From an uncultured Rhizobiaceae bacterium (GTDB lineage Bacteria; Pseudomonadota; Alphaproteobacteria; UBA828), in the NCBI GenBank assembly GCA_964427515.1, contig CAYRUX010000011.1, forward strand, positions 1-51,839: a DNA stretch of 51,839 nt, written 5' to 3'. Of the stretch, positions 1 through 10,102 are shown piece after piece. Position 1 is the first letter of the stretch, and each line of letters begins with the position of its first letter. The notes beneath the pieces were generated by a model that searched no databases, was not told where the DNA came from, and saw only the letters and a list, made by a program, of their open reading frames with translations. Made by a program: the position numbers and the translations under genes.

Positions 1-438
1 GCCTTTCCTCCGATGATTGGATGGGCAGCTGTGGGTGGAGAAATTACGTATTTATCAGTAATTATGTTTTCAATAATTTTTTTATGGACACCACCTCATT
101 TCTGGGCACTAGCTTTGTATAAGCAAGGTGATTATGAGAAAGCTTGGGTGCCAATGTTGCCAGTGGTTGCAGGGCGAAGGGTAACGTCCTGGCAAATTTT
201 TGCATATTCGTTGATATTATTGCCCGTCACTTTATTGCCTTCCTTGATTGGTTATTCTGGAATAATTTATGGTGTAGGAGCGCTGGTGGTTGGGAGCCTG
301 TTTTTGCTTTGTTCGATTAGTGTTATCACGGATAAAACGGAGCGAAGTGCCAGACGAATGTTTCCATTTTCAATTTTGCACCTCTTTCTGATTTTTGCTT
401 TATTACTTATAGACCGATATTTTCTCGTTTCGTTTTAA
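1..438 (+). CDS. ctaB: Protoheme IX farnesyltransferase (heme O synthase), C-terminal part. The 5' end lies outside the window.
   Basis: Frame 1 is open from nt 1. The segment WTPPHFWALALYKQGDYEKAWVPMLP is the conserved UbiA-family CtaB/CyoE region. It is followed by ctaG, ctaE and SURF1. Confidence 0.9.
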   Translation, partial: AFPPMIGWAAVGGEITYLSVIMFSIIFLWTPPHFWALALYKQGDYEKAWVPMLPVVAGRRVTSWQIFAYSLILLPVTLLPSLIGYSGIIYGVGALVVGSLFLLCSISVITDKTERSARRMFPFSILHLFLIFALLLIDRYFLVSF

Positions 439-454
439 GTGTATGGATAGATTG

Positions 455-571
455 ATGCCTGACAAAGAATATTATCGTCGCAGACGCTGGCGAAATTATG
501 CCTTGGCTGGAGTGTTATTGGCGTTGGTAGTAATGTTTTTCTTCATTACTTTAGCTCGTATGGGAGGGTGA
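455..571 (+). CDS. Small single-helix membrane protein in the ctaB-ctaG spacer (38 aa, or 42 aa from the in-frame ATG at 443)
   Basis: Absent from the ORF track. It encodes MPDKEYYRRRRWRNYALAGVLLALVVMFFFITLARMGG, a basic N-terminus followed by one hydrophobic helix. Its TGA (569-571) overlaps the ctaG GTG (568-570) as GTGA. Confidence 0.5.
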   Translation: MPDKEYYRRRRWRNYALAGVLLALVVMFFFITLARMGG

Positions 572-1176
572 CAGTAGTGGAGTCTCGTCGTATGCGAAAT
601 AGAATAACAGTTATAATTCTTGGTACTGTGGTGTGTGGAATGATAGGTTTATCATTCGCTGCTGTCCCTTTATACGATCTCTTCTGCAGAGTCACCGGTT
701 TTGGCGGAACTACGCAAATAGCACAAGTCTCTCCAGAGCTAATTGGCAAGCGTCTTATGTCTGTTCGTTTTAACTCAGACGTATCCTATGATGTTCCGTG
801 GCACTTTAAACCTGACCAGTTAGAGATTAAATTGCGTATCGGAGAGGTAGGTTTAGCTTATTATACCGCTAAAAATGAATCTGATAAAACTGTTCTAGGT
901 ACTGCCACATTCAATGTCACACCACCGAAGGCTGGCGTATATTTCAACAAGGTAGATTGTTTTTGCTTTGAAGAACAAGTTTTAAGGCCGGGCGAAAGTG
1001 CAAAATTTCCGGTTACCTTTTTTGTTGATCCAGATATTCAGAATGATAGAAACTTGGATGATGTGACTACCATTACATTATCATATACATTCTTTAATCA
1101 AGGAGTAGCTGCCTTGGAACGTAAACTTGTTGATGATTTACGCGAAGATCAAGAAGTCAAACAACGTATGATGTAA
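568..1176 (+). CDS. ctaG: Cytochrome c oxidase assembly (copper insertion) protein CtaG/Cox11
   Basis: N-terminal TM helix, then VPLYDLFCRVTGFGGTTQ and the CFCFEEQ copper-site motif. The GTG start is coupled to the upstream small ORF; ATG 592 is an alternative. Confidence 0.93.
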   Translation: MTVVESRRMRNRITVIILGTVVCGMIGLSFAAVPLYDLFCRVTGFGGTTQIAQVSPELIGKRLMSVRFNSDVSYDVPWHFKPDQLEIKLRIGEVGLAYYTAKNESDKTVLGTATFNVTPPKAGVYFNKVDCFCFEEQVLRPGESAKFPVTFFVDPDIQNDRNLDDVTTITLSYTFFNQGVAALERKLVDDLREDQEVKQRMM

Positions 1177-1236
1177 AATTTAATTGAACAAATTGAAGCG
1201 CGGTTAAGGTTGAGATAAGACCATGGAGTTAAAAAA

Positions 1237-2034
1237 ATGAGCGATACTACACATCAAACAAAGAGCCACCAATATCATATGGTCGATCCGAGCCCGTGGC
1301 CTGTTGTTGGATCCCTTGCAGCGGGGACATTGCTCGGCGGAAGTATATTATATTTTCGAGATGAGCAAGTTTGGCTTATGTGTATCGGTGCTGTTCTTAC
1401 CGCCGCCACAATGTATTTCTGGTGGCGCGATGTTATTCGTGAGGCTAGGGATAACCATCATACTGATGTTGTGACCCGGGGCATCAGATTTGGGATGGTA
1501 CTATTTATTGCATCAGAAGTAATGTTTTTTGCTGCGTTTTTCTGGGCATTTTTCAATGCGGCTATTATGCCCCCTGAAGTGATCAGCTTTACCTGGCCAC
1601 CCCCTGGTGTTGAGACTATGCACACATGGGAACTACCTTTTCTTAATACGCTAATTCTTCTTACTTCTGGGGCCACGGTCACTTGGGCACATCATGCTTT
1701 AAAACACGGAAACCAAAAGCATCTAATATGGGGTCTGACCTTAACCGTTCTTTTGGGCGCAATTTTTATGTGCGTTCAGGGTTATGAATATGCGAGTGCT
1801 CTTTTTGGTTTTCGTGATGGCATTTATTCCTCTACGTTCTATATGGCTACGGGTTTTCACGGATTTCATGTAACTGTTGGGGCAATATTTCTGGGTGTTT
1901 GCTTATGGCGTGCTAAACGTGGCCATTTTACCCCTGAACAACATATAGGATTTGAAGCTGCTGCGTGGTATTGGCATTTTGTTGATGTAGTTTGGCTATT
2001 TCTATTTATATGGGTCTACTGGTGGGGTGGTTAG
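1237..2034 (+). CDS. ctaE: Cytochrome c oxidase subunit III
   Basis: 265-aa polytopic membrane protein with HQYHMVDPSPWP, a FHGFHV-type segment and the WYWHFVDVVWLFLF C-terminus. Confidence 0.95.
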   Translation: MSDTTHQTKSHQYHMVDPSPWPVVGSLAAGTLLGGSILYFRDEQVWLMCIGAVLTAATMYFWWRDVIREARDNHHTDVVTRGIRFGMVLFIASEVMFFAAFFWAFFNAAIMPPEVISFTWPPPGVETMHTWELPFLNTLILLTSGATVTWAHHALKHGNQKHLIWGLTLTVLLGAIFMCVQGYEYASALFGFRDGIYSSTFYMATGFHGFHVTVGAIFLGVCLWRAKRGHFTPEQHIGFEAAAWYWHFVDVVWLFLFIWVYWWGG

Positions 2035-2180
2035 AGATAACTTTTAAAATTTATTGTAACTCATAGCCTCGAATTTTGGGAGCAGGTAAAGGTTTGTTAT
2101 AAATTGATACTATGTGTCAAAACATAAGTTTTTGCTGTGCGTAGTAATAATCAGAGTAATTTCAAAGAATCAAAGTCGTC

Positions 2181-2558
2181 ATGATAATTTTTTCTCCGGA
2201 TAAACCAATATCGGTTCTTCGCGCAGGGCTTCTGTGCCGTTGTCCACGATGTGGTAAAGGATCAATATATATCGGTTATTTAAAAGTTGTTGAGAAATGT
2301 TCAAATTGCCAGTTAGAAATTCGAGAGAATGATGCAGGTGACGGACCGGCAGTTTTTGTAGTATTGGCTATTGGAGCAATAGTAGTAGGTCTAGCGCTTT
2401 GGGTAGAAATTTCATATCAGCCTCAATATTGGGTTCATTTAGCGATATGGGCACCATTGATTATTGGAAGTTGTATAGGAGCACTAAGACCCACAAAAGC
2501 TTTCTTTATCGCCATTCAATTAAAGCAAAAGGTGTTAGATTTTGATAAAAAGCCGTAG
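2181..2558 (+). CDS. DUF983 family membrane protein (zinc-ribbon plus two TM helices)
   Basis: CPRCGKG...CSNC motif followed by two hydrophobic helices. This is the usual position between coxIII and SURF1 in alphaproteobacteria. Confidence 0.8.
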   Translation: MIIFSPDKPISVLRAGLLCRCPRCGKGSIYIGYLKVVEKCSNCQLEIRENDAGDGPAVFVVLAIGAIVVGLALWVEISYQPQYWVHLAIWAPLIIGSCIGALRPTKAFFIAIQLKQKVLDFDKKP

Positions 2559-3258
2559 TTCCCGGTTATTTTGGTTTAGGCGCTGGGTAATATTTATAGC
2601 TATCCCGGGTATATTAATCTTGTTGGCTCTTGGGTCATGGCAAGTGCATAGGCTTATGTGGAAGAATGAAATCAATTCTTTTAGACAAGATAGGTCTGAA
2701 TCGACTTTGGTAGAATTACCGGATGTTGTAGAGGATATCGGAGGAGTGTTATTCAAACCTGTTTGGGTGGAGGGTGAATTTCTGCACGAGCAGGAAATGT
2801 TTCTGGCAGCTAGATCTTATCGCTCTAATCCCGGCTACCACGTAATTACACCATTTAAACTTTTGAATGGTAGTATGGTATTAATTAACCGTGGTTGGAT
2901 ACCGCTGAAATTACGTGACCCAAAAGAGCGTTTGGCGGGGCAAATTAATGGAAAAGTTCGAGTCCAAGGGCTTGTCACTGGAGAAGATACTCCTGGTTGG
3001 ATGACGCCAGATAATGTTCCAACTGAAAACTTTTGGTACTGGATTGATTTGGATTCTCTTGCTTTACATGCAGGTATTGAGCCCATAAGTTTTATTGTCG
3101 ATGCGGATTCTTCACCTAATCCAGGAGGATTTCCTATAGGAGGTCAAACAAGAACAGAGCTTAGAAATGAACATTTCCAGTATGCAGTGATATGGTATGC
3201 TCTTGCTCTATGTCTTGGTGGCATTAGTTTTCTGATGTTACGCCGTTCTCGTAAGTGA
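2542..3258 (+). CDS. SURF1 family cytochrome oxidase biogenesis protein
   Basis: N- and C-terminal TM helices, a GSWQVHRLMWK motif, and HFQYAVIWYALA near the C-terminus. The TTG start overlaps the DUF983 gene by 17 nt. Confidence 0.88.
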   Translation: MIKSRSSRLFWFRRWVIFIAIPGILILLALGSWQVHRLMWKNEINSFRQDRSESTLVELPDVVEDIGGVLFKPVWVEGEFLHEQEMFLAARSYRSNPGYHVITPFKLLNGSMVLINRGWIPLKLRDPKERLAGQINGKVRVQGLVTGEDTPGWMTPDNVPTENFWYWIDLDSLALHAGIEPISFIVDADSSPNPGGFPIGGQTRTELRNEHFQYAVIWYALALCLGGISFLMLRRSRK

Positions 3259-3277
3259 GGCAGAATATAAAAAGGAA

Positions 3278-4789
3278 ATGTTGCAGATGAGTGCTTATGC
3301 TCAGCTGGAGAAATCTTTTCACCGTCTAGCTAATATTGAAGGTGCAACGGCAATATTAGATTGGGATTGGGCTGTCATTATGCCTAAGGGCAGTGCCGAA
3401 AGTCGTTCTAACCAGCTCAGTGAACTCAGTTTGATAAGGTACGAAATATTAGCTGATCCAAAGTTAGGCGATTTACTTTGTGATGCAGAAGCAAAAAAAG
3501 AGCATTTGGATGATTGGCAAAGAGCTAATCTGAAAGAAATGCGACACAATTGGATGCATGCAAACTCCATGCAGCCGGATCTAATTGTTGCTCTCAATCA
3601 AACTACTTCTAAGTGTGAAATGCTTTGGCGGGAGGCGAGGAAAAATAACGATTTTAAATCTTTTTCAAAAGGATTTAGACCACTTCTGAAATTAATTAGG
3701 GAGAAGGCAGAAGCAAAATCTGCAGTGTTTAAAATGCCATTGTATGACGTTTTAATGGACGAATACGATCCAGGTATTACTACAAGAGATATTGATAAAC
3801 ATTTTTCTGATCTTCAGTTATTTCTTCCATCTTTGTTGGACGAAATCATAGATAGGCAAGGTAATCAAACAGTCCCTATAATGCCAAAAGGGCCGTTTAA
3901 TTTAATTAAACAGAAGGAACTATCACTGAAATTAATGGAGAAAATTGGGTTTAACTTTGACAGCGGAAGGTTAGACGAAAGTCATCACCCGTTCTGTGGA
4001 GGAGTGCCAGGGGATGTGCGGATAACTACAAAATATGATGAGGATGACTTTACTTCATCAATGATGGCTGTTTTACACGAAACAGGTCACGCGTTATATG
4101 AGCGAGGTTTGCCTAAGGATTGGCGTCATCAGCCCGTTGGTAAGGCTCCAAGTATGAGTTTGCACGAAAGTCAATCATTGTTATTGGAAATGCAGGTTTG
4201 TCGTAGCCGAGAGTTTTTTTCCTTTGCAAGCCCTCTTATAAAAACATTACTTTCAAATACTAAATCAAAATGTTTGCTCCGATTTGATCCTGAAAATCTA
4301 TACCGATTAGCTATAAGAGTTGCTCCGGGGCCAATTCGGATTTATGCAGACGAGGTTACGTACCCTCTTCATGTCATGCTACGTTATCATTTAGAAAAGG
4401 AAATGATAGAGGGTGGCATACAGGTTAATGATTTGCCTGATGCGTGGGAGCAGTGGATGAAAGATCTTTTAGGAGTAATGCCGAAAAACCATGGTGAAGG
4501 CTGCCTACAAGATATACATTGGGCTACTGGGGAAATCGGGTATTTTCCGAGCTATACTCTAGGGGCATTGATTGCTGCGCAGATTTTTGAGAAAGTTGAG
4601 AGAGAAATTAAACAAGTAAAGTCCGACATTGCCATAGGTGATTTCAGTTCCCTTATGTCTTGGCTATTAGAGTCGGTTCATAGTCAAGGCTCCTGTTATT
4701 CTACCCAAGATTTGGTGGAGCGAGTGACCGGTCGTCCACTAGATACTAGAGCCTTTGAAGTGCATCTTAGGACTAGGTATCTTAGTTAA
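3278..4789 (+). CDS. M32 (Taq-type) metallocarboxypeptidase
   Basis: Carries HETGHALYE (HEXXH), HPF, DIHW and GYFPSYTLGA motifs at a length of about 500 aa. The start could be ATG 3278 or 3287. Confidence 0.9.
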   Translation: MLQMSAYAQLEKSFHRLANIEGATAILDWDWAVIMPKGSAESRSNQLSELSLIRYEILADPKLGDLLCDAEAKKEHLDDWQRANLKEMRHNWMHANSMQPDLIVALNQTTSKCEMLWREARKNNDFKSFSKGFRPLLKLIREKAEAKSAVFKMPLYDVLMDEYDPGITTRDIDKHFSDLQLFLPSLLDEIIDRQGNQTVPIMPKGPFNLIKQKELSLKLMEKIGFNFDSGRLDESHHPFCGGVPGDVRITTKYDEDDFTSSMMAVLHETGHALYERGLPKDWRHQPVGKAPSMSLHESQSLLLEMQVCRSREFFSFASPLIKTLLSNTKSKCLLRFDPENLYRLAIRVAPGPIRIYADEVTYPLHVMLRYHLEKEMIEGGIQVNDLPDAWEQWMKDLLGVMPKNHGEGCLQDIHWATGEIGYFPSYTLGALIAAQIFEKVEREIKQVKSDIAIGDFSSLMSWLLESVHSQGSCYSTQDLVERVTGRPLDTRAFEVHLRTRYLS

Positions 4790-4856
4790 GTCGTTTGTTA
4801 GTTTGAGTATAAAAACGTTTATAGTTTTATTTTTAAATTTTTAAGTGTGACCATAT

Positions 4857-6275
4857 ATGCGTTATGTGAGTACTCGTGGAGATGGAAGTAGCACCGGGTC
4901 ATTTGTTGATGTGATGCTTGGTGGCTTGGCACGTGATGGAGGGCTCTGGGTACCTGAGATTAAGCCAAAGCACTTTTCAGGTTTTCAATTGGACGAGCTT
5001 AGAAAACTGAGTTATCAGGATTTTGCAACTCGTATTCTTCAACTATTTATCGGTAATGACATAGAACTACCAGTCCTTCAAAAAATTGTACGTAACGCTT
5101 ATAAAAATTTTGATAATCCTGAAATAGTTACTTTTCAAGAATTAGAAAAAAGTTTTTGGATCATGGAACTATTCCATGGGCCAACACTTGCCTTTAAAGA
5201 TTATGCATTACAAATTCTCGGTGGTCTATTTAATCATGTATTGAATAAGAATAATAAACGTGTCGTGATAGTGGGTGCGACATCTGGAGATACAGGGTCT
5301 GCGGCAATTGAAGCTTTTAAAGGATATGATAATATTTCTATAATAATACTTCATCCTGAGGGAAGAGTGTCAGAAGTTCAGCGTAGACAAATGACCACCG
5401 TAAACGCCCAGAACGTTTACAACGTCGCAATTGATGGTACATTTGACGATTGTCAGGCTCTTGTGAAAGCTATGTTTAATGATTTACAGTTTCGAGATGA
5501 GCTACATTTGGCTGCAATTAACTCGATTAACTGGGCTCGTATTTTAAGCCAAGCAGTGTACTATTGTTATTCGTCCTTGCTGCTAAGTAATTCTAAGGAA
5601 ATTATAAATTTTTCCGTTCCCACAGGAAACTTTGGAAATGTTTATTCTGGCTATGTCGCAGCGGCATTAGGGTTTCCTATAGGAAAGTTTTATGTGGCAA
5701 CAAATGCCAACGATATTTTGGCACGGGTATTTTCTGGCAAAGGTTATTACAAAAATAAGGTAATTCCTACGATAAGCCCCAGTATGGACATTCAGGTTGC
5801 AAGCAATTTTGAAAGATTACTATTTGATCTTTATGGCCAGAACGGAGATTTAGTAAAGTCTTTATTTCAGAGTGTGGATTTGAACAATGGTTTCACGATT
5901 GGGCAGGGGCAGTTAAATATAGCGCTGAAAAATTTCTCTGCAATTAGTATCAATGATGAAAGAGCGCTGGAATGTATAAACATGGTATGGAAAAAATACG
6001 GTGTACTTATTGATCCACATACTGCGGTTGGTATTCAGTGCGCTAGAGATATATTGAAATTGAATGATAAATCTTGTGATAGTTTACCAATTGTCTGCCT
6101 TTCTACCGCCCATCCTGCAAAATTTCCAGATGCCGTGTATCGTGCTACCGGCGTAAGACCAAAGCTTCCTGATAGGCTTTCCGATTTGTTAGAACGTAAA
6201 GAAAACATACGCTACTTGAAAAATGATTTATGTATTGTAAAAAAGTTTGTTCGTGAAGTCGGGCTTCCAAATTAA
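4857..6275 (+). CDS. thrC: Threonine synthase
   Basis: MRYVSTRG N-terminus, the FHGPTLAFKD PLP-lysine motif, and a GATSGDTGSAA loop. Confidence 0.93.
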   Translation: MRYVSTRGDGSSTGSFVDVMLGGLARDGGLWVPEIKPKHFSGFQLDELRKLSYQDFATRILQLFIGNDIELPVLQKIVRNAYKNFDNPEIVTFQELEKSFWIMELFHGPTLAFKDYALQILGGLFNHVLNKNNKRVVIVGATSGDTGSAAIEAFKGYDNISIIILHPEGRVSEVQRRQMTTVNAQNVYNVAIDGTFDDCQALVKAMFNDLQFRDELHLAAINSINWARILSQAVYYCYSSLLLSNSKEIINFSVPTGNFGNVYSGYVAAALGFPIGKFYVATNANDILARVFSGKGYYKNKVIPTISPSMDIQVASNFERLLFDLYGQNGDLVKSLFQSVDLNNGFTIGQGQLNIALKNFSAISINDERALECINMVWKKYGVLIDPHTAVGIQCARDILKLNDKSCDSLPIVCLSTAHPAKFPDAVYRATGVRPKLPDRLSDLLERKENIRYLKNDLCIVKKFVREVGLPN

Positions 6276-6286
6276 GGAGATATGTA

Positions 6287-7543
6287 ATGATTGCACGTGT
6301 TTCCACACTTCCTAACGGGCTTCGGATAGTAAGCGAAAGTATGCCAAGCTTGAAAACAACTTCCATTGGCGTTTGGGTTAGTGTTGGATCACGATATGAG
6401 GCAACACAAATTAATGGTGTTTCACATTTGTTGGAGCATATGGCTTTCAAAGGTACTACAAACCGTTCAGCTAAGGATATAGCTGAAGAGATTGAGGCTG
6501 TTGGTGGTTATGTCAACGCCTATACTTCTCGAGAATTCACCGCTTATTATGCGAGAGTATTGCAAGAAGATATTGGCTTAGCGATAGATATTTTAGCAGA
6601 TATTCTTCAGTCTTCTATATTTTCAGACTCCGAGTTGAAGCGTGAAAAGGGTGTTGTTATTCAGGAAATAGCGCAGATGCAAGATACTCCAGATGAAATA
6701 GTTTTTGATAGATTTCAGGAAACAGCATATCCAAATCAAGCTCTGGGACGAAGCATATTGGGGCCGGCATCTCAGGTGCAGCAATATAGTCGAGAAGTAT
6801 TAGCTAAATATATGTCTCAGCATTATGAGCCGCACCGGATGGTGGTAGCGGGAGCTGGAAATCTTGCCCATGACCATCTGGTAGATTTGGTTGGCCAAGC
6901 ATTTGATAGGTTGATAAATCATACCTCAACTAATGAGTTAACAGCATTATATCAAGGTGGGGAAATGCGACAAACTAAGGAGCTCGAACAGGCGCACATA
7001 GTTATAGGTTTTAATGGATTTTCTTATACTGATACGGACGTTTATACCTTACAGATGCTATCCCTTTTGCTGGGAGGTGGAATGTCCTCAAGGTTGTTTC
7101 AAGAGATAAGAGAGCGTCGAGGCTTGGCGTATACAGTCTATACATTTAACTCCTCTTATACTGACGGCGGCTTATTTGGGGTATATTGTGCCACAGGATC
7201 AGAAAAATTATTGGAGCTTACTCCGGTAATTGGGGAGCAACTAATGGCAGTGTCTCAAAATGTTACAACACAGGAGATGGATCGTGCGCGAGCTCAAGTT
7301 AAGGCAGGTCTACTAATGTCCCTCGAATCAAGTTCGTCACGATGTGATCGATTGGGCCGTCATATGCTTATATTTGGCCGACCTATATCCATCGACGAAA
7401 TTTTGCAAAAGATTAATGCTGTTACGGAGACTGATGTAAAAAGAATCGCAGCTAAAGTTTTTAGTAGTGAACTCACTCTGGCGGCTCTCGGTCCTATTTC
7501 TAGCCTAGAGTCCTACGATAAGTTGTTGAGTCGTTTCCAATAA
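6287..7543 (+). CDS. M16 family zinc peptidase (mitochondrial-processing-peptidase-like)
   Basis: HLLEHMAFKG inverted zinc motif (HxxEH) at 418 aa, with an AAGGAGA Shine-Dalgarno upstream. Confidence 0.9.
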   Translation: MIARVSTLPNGLRIVSESMPSLKTTSIGVWVSVGSRYEATQINGVSHLLEHMAFKGTTNRSAKDIAEEIEAVGGYVNAYTSREFTAYYARVLQEDIGLAIDILADILQSSIFSDSELKREKGVVIQEIAQMQDTPDEIVFDRFQETAYPNQALGRSILGPASQVQQYSREVLAKYMSQHYEPHRMVVAGAGNLAHDHLVDLVGQAFDRLINHTSTNELTALYQGGEMRQTKELEQAHIVIGFNGFSYTDTDVYTLQMLSLLLGGGMSSRLFQEIRERRGLAYTVYTFNSSYTDGGLFGVYCATGSEKLLELTPVIGEQLMAVSQNVTTQEMDRARAQVKAGLLMSLESSSSRCDRLGRHMLIFGRPISIDEILQKINAVTETDVKRIAAKVFSSELTLAALGPISSLESYDKLLSRFQ

Positions 7544-8151
7544 TGTCAATACTAGGTAGCTCATCTTACGAAAATTTGACGAACTCGCCCTTGGTGGGTG
7601 ACTCGGTACGATTGCGGCTACCTGTTCCTGGAGATTGGCAGGAATGGTCACAGTTAAGGGAATCTTCGCGTGAATTCCTTGTTCCTTGGGAACCAGAATG
7701 GGCTAATGATTCTCATAGTCGAGTCGCATATCGAAGGCGACTTCGACGTCAGAAAAAGGAAGCAAGCGAGGGGATTAGTTTCTCATTTTTTGTAGTTCGA
7801 CTCTCAGACCGTAGACTTTTAGGGGGTATCACTCTCAATAACATTCAACGTGGTGTGTCTCAAAGTTGTAGTGTGGGATATTGGATTGGCAAGCGATACG
7901 CTCGATCCGGTTACATGACCGAAGGGCTACATTGTGTCTTATCCCATTGTTTTAAAACAGTAGGTCTGAATAGAGTCGAAGCCGCCTGTATGCCTGACAA
8001 TGGTGCAAGTAAAGCTCTTTTAATTCGATGTGGTTTTCAACGGGAAGGTTATGCGAAAAAATATTTAAAAATTGATGGTGTTTGGCGTGATCATTTGCTT
8101 TTTGCAATCCTCAAGGATGAATTGGTAAAACAAAACTCGGATATAAATTAG
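7543..8151 (+). CDS. GNAT family N-acetyltransferase (RimJ/RimL-like)
   Basis: Acetyltransferase fold segments: VGYWIGKRYARSGYMTEGL and LNRVEAACMPDNGASKALLIRCGFQREG. The ATG overlaps the M16 stop (TAATG). Confidence 0.8.
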   Translation: MSILGSSSYENLTNSPLVGDSVRLRLPVPGDWQEWSQLRESSREFLVPWEPEWANDSHSRVAYRRRLRRQKKEASEGISFSFFVVRLSDRRLLGGITLNNIQRGVSQSCSVGYWIGKRYARSGYMTEGLHCVLSHCFKTVGLNRVEAACMPDNGASKALLIRCGFQREGYAKKYLKIDGVWRDHLLFAILKDELVKQNSDIN

Positions 8152-8714
8152 GCATGTCCAAACTCAGACGAGAGTTTGCTGATGTCAACTCCAAGACTTT
8201 CGGTGGCACTTCGCCACTTGTTTTTGTTGTCTGTTTGAAAAATTATCTTTTTGTTAGCAGTGATGATTAACCAACCATTATCTTGTATTTCTTGGTCGAG
8301 TTGTCCCGCCGCCCATCCAGCGTAACCTAGGGCAAGCAGGCTTTCTCTGGGCCCATTGCCTTCAGCTATAGCTTTTAGAATATCTATACTAGCGGAAAGG
8401 GCAAATTCGTTTTTAATTAATATAGTTGAATCTTGTATATAATCAGGTGAATGCAGAACGAACCCACGAGCACCCTCTATTGGCCCGCCAAAATATACTT
8501 GAATTTTTTCATCGCTAACATCAGTTTTAATTTCTAGTTGTTTAAGAAGCTCAGGAAAACTTAGGGAGCTTAGAGGTTTGTTAACAACAATGCCCATTGC
8601 TCCGTCGGCTGAATGAGCACAGATAAATACCACTGATCGCTCAAATCTTGGGTCTGTCATAGAGGGCATTGCTATTAAAAGTTGCCCTTCTAGATATGCA
8701 TGGGTTGTTGACAT
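8148..8714 (-). CDS. YqgE/AlgH family protein (UPF0301)
   Basis: GQLLIAMPSMTDPRFERSVVFICAHSADGAMGIVVNKP is the family signature. GGGAGA Shine-Dalgarno 8 nt upstream of the ATG. Confidence 0.88.
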   Translation of the reverse strand: MSTTHAYLEGQLLIAMPSMTDPRFERSVVFICAHSADGAMGIVVNKPLSSLSFPELLKQLEIKTDVSDEKIQVYFGGPIEGARGFVLHSPDYIQDSTILIKNEFALSASIDILKAIAEGNGPRESLLALGYAGWAAGQLDQEIQDNGWLIITANKKIIFQTDNKNKWRSATESLGVDISKLSSEFGHA

Positions 8715-8735
8715 GTTTGGGGTCTCCCATAGGGG

Positions 8736-8749
8736 TGATCAATTGATCA
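8736..8749. repeat. Perfect 14-bp palindrome TGATCAATTGATCA, a candidate operator
   Basis: Read directly from the sequence. It lies 22-35 bp upstream of the yqgE-like start codon, inside the 339-bp divergent intergenic region. Confidence 0.5.
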
Positions 8750-9053
8750 TCTTAATTAGTTTCAGATTTCGTGTTGTAAATTATAACATTTTCCAAGTTA
8801 CAAACTAATCACTAATTTTTGTTGCAATTGAGAGAGGTATTTAGAAACTAAGGAAGAATGTCTTTGAAAATAATTTTAGCAATGTTCTAACACTTTCCTA
8901 ATCTCATTTTAGTAGATAATAAGTAAAGTAATATTGATGATTGAAATCCTGCTATACTCCACTCATATTATATGATGTAAATGCCTAGAATTGTTTTAAT
9001 CTTCAACATAAGATGTCTTAATAAGTAAGACTTAAATAAATAGGAGCTGCCAA

Positions 9054-9539
9054 ATGACTATAAAAGCAGGAGATAAAATACCTTCAGTTACATTCAAGAA
9101 AATTACGGACGACGGTCTTGCTGATATTTCTAGTGATGATTATTTCAAAGGTCGCAAGGTAGCATTATTTTCTGTGCCTGGCGCCTTTACACCAACGTGT
9201 TCAGCGCAACATGTTCCCAGTTTTGTTAATCAATCCCAAGCTTTAAAAGATAAGGGTGTTTCAGCAATAGCATGTGTTTCAGTTAACGATGCATTTGTTA
9301 TGCAAGCGTGGGGTGAGGCTCAAAAGGTAGGAAATGCAGTAGAAATGTTAGCAGATGGTAATGGGGAATTTGCTCGCGCCACAGGTTTAACTCTGGATGG
9401 CACAGGTTTTGGATTAGGTGAACGCTCAACCCGGTTTTCAATGGTTGTAGAGGACGGTACGGTCAGCCATCTGAATGTGGAAGAAAATCCCTCTGAAATG
9501 AATGTTAGTAGCGCTGAACATATGCTTGGTCAAATTTAA
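9054..9539 (+). CDS. Peroxiredoxin (Prx5-type, AhpC/TSA superfamily)
   Basis: PGAFTPTCS peroxidatic-Cys motif at 161 aa, with a TAGGAG Shine-Dalgarno. Confidence 0.9.
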   Translation: MTIKAGDKIPSVTFKKITDDGLADISSDDYFKGRKVALFSVPGAFTPTCSAQHVPSFVNQSQALKDKGVSAIACVSVNDAFVMQAWGEAQKVGNAVEMLADGNGEFARATGLTLDGTGFGLGERSTRFSMVVEDGTVSHLNVEENPSEMNVSSAEHMLGQI

Positions 9540-9622
9540 GTAATTAAGCATATAAGCTATATAGTTTGGTTTCTTTACACAATTTGAGCAATGATCTCAA
9601 TATAACGTTGCACTTGCTAAGC

Positions 9623-10102
9623 TTAAAAGTTTTTTGTGACAGCGCCCGTTATAGGGATGGCTTGTTTAGCAAGCTCGTCAGCCCTTTCGTTGTAGGTATT
9701 CCCGTCATGTCCTCTAACCCAGTGCCAAGCTACGTGGTGATCATTTGATGCCTGGTCAAGAAGTATCCACAGATCTTTGTTCTCTACTCCTTTTCTGCCT
9801 GAAGTTACCCAATTGTTTATTTTCCAGTTTTTAATCCATTTGGTAATCCCGTCAATGACATAGCGACTATCCGTATAAAGGTCTACTTTGCTCTTTCGTT
9901 TTAAAGTGTTGAGTGCAAAAATTGCGGCGGTCAACTCCATACGATTATTTGTACTTTCTAGCTCTCCACCCATAATTTCCTTTTTTTCATTTTTATAGAT
10001 AAGGATTGCGCCCCACCCCCCCGGGCCTGGATTGCCACTACATGCTCCGTCTGTATATATGGTAACACTGGGGGCATTTGTCTTTCGATCCGTATTACTC
10101 AT
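9623..10102 (-). CDS. rnhA: Ribonuclease HI
   Basis: [24 protein letters not shown] and [18 protein letters not shown] motifs. The start overlaps the thrB stop (ATGA). Confidence 0.95.
   Translation of the reverse strand: MSNTDRKTNAPSVTIYTDGACSGNPGPGGWGAILIYKNEKKEIMGGELESTNNRMELTAAIFALNTLKRKSKVDLYTDSRYVIDGITKWIKNWKINNWVTSGRKGVENKDLWILLDQASNDHHVAWHWVRGHDGNTYNERADELAKQAIPITGAVTKNF

Noticed and set aside
8148-8151. 4-nt overlap of the convergent GNAT and yqgE-like stop codons
   Set aside because: This is real in the sequence, but it is a common consequence of compact genomes and supports no specific function.
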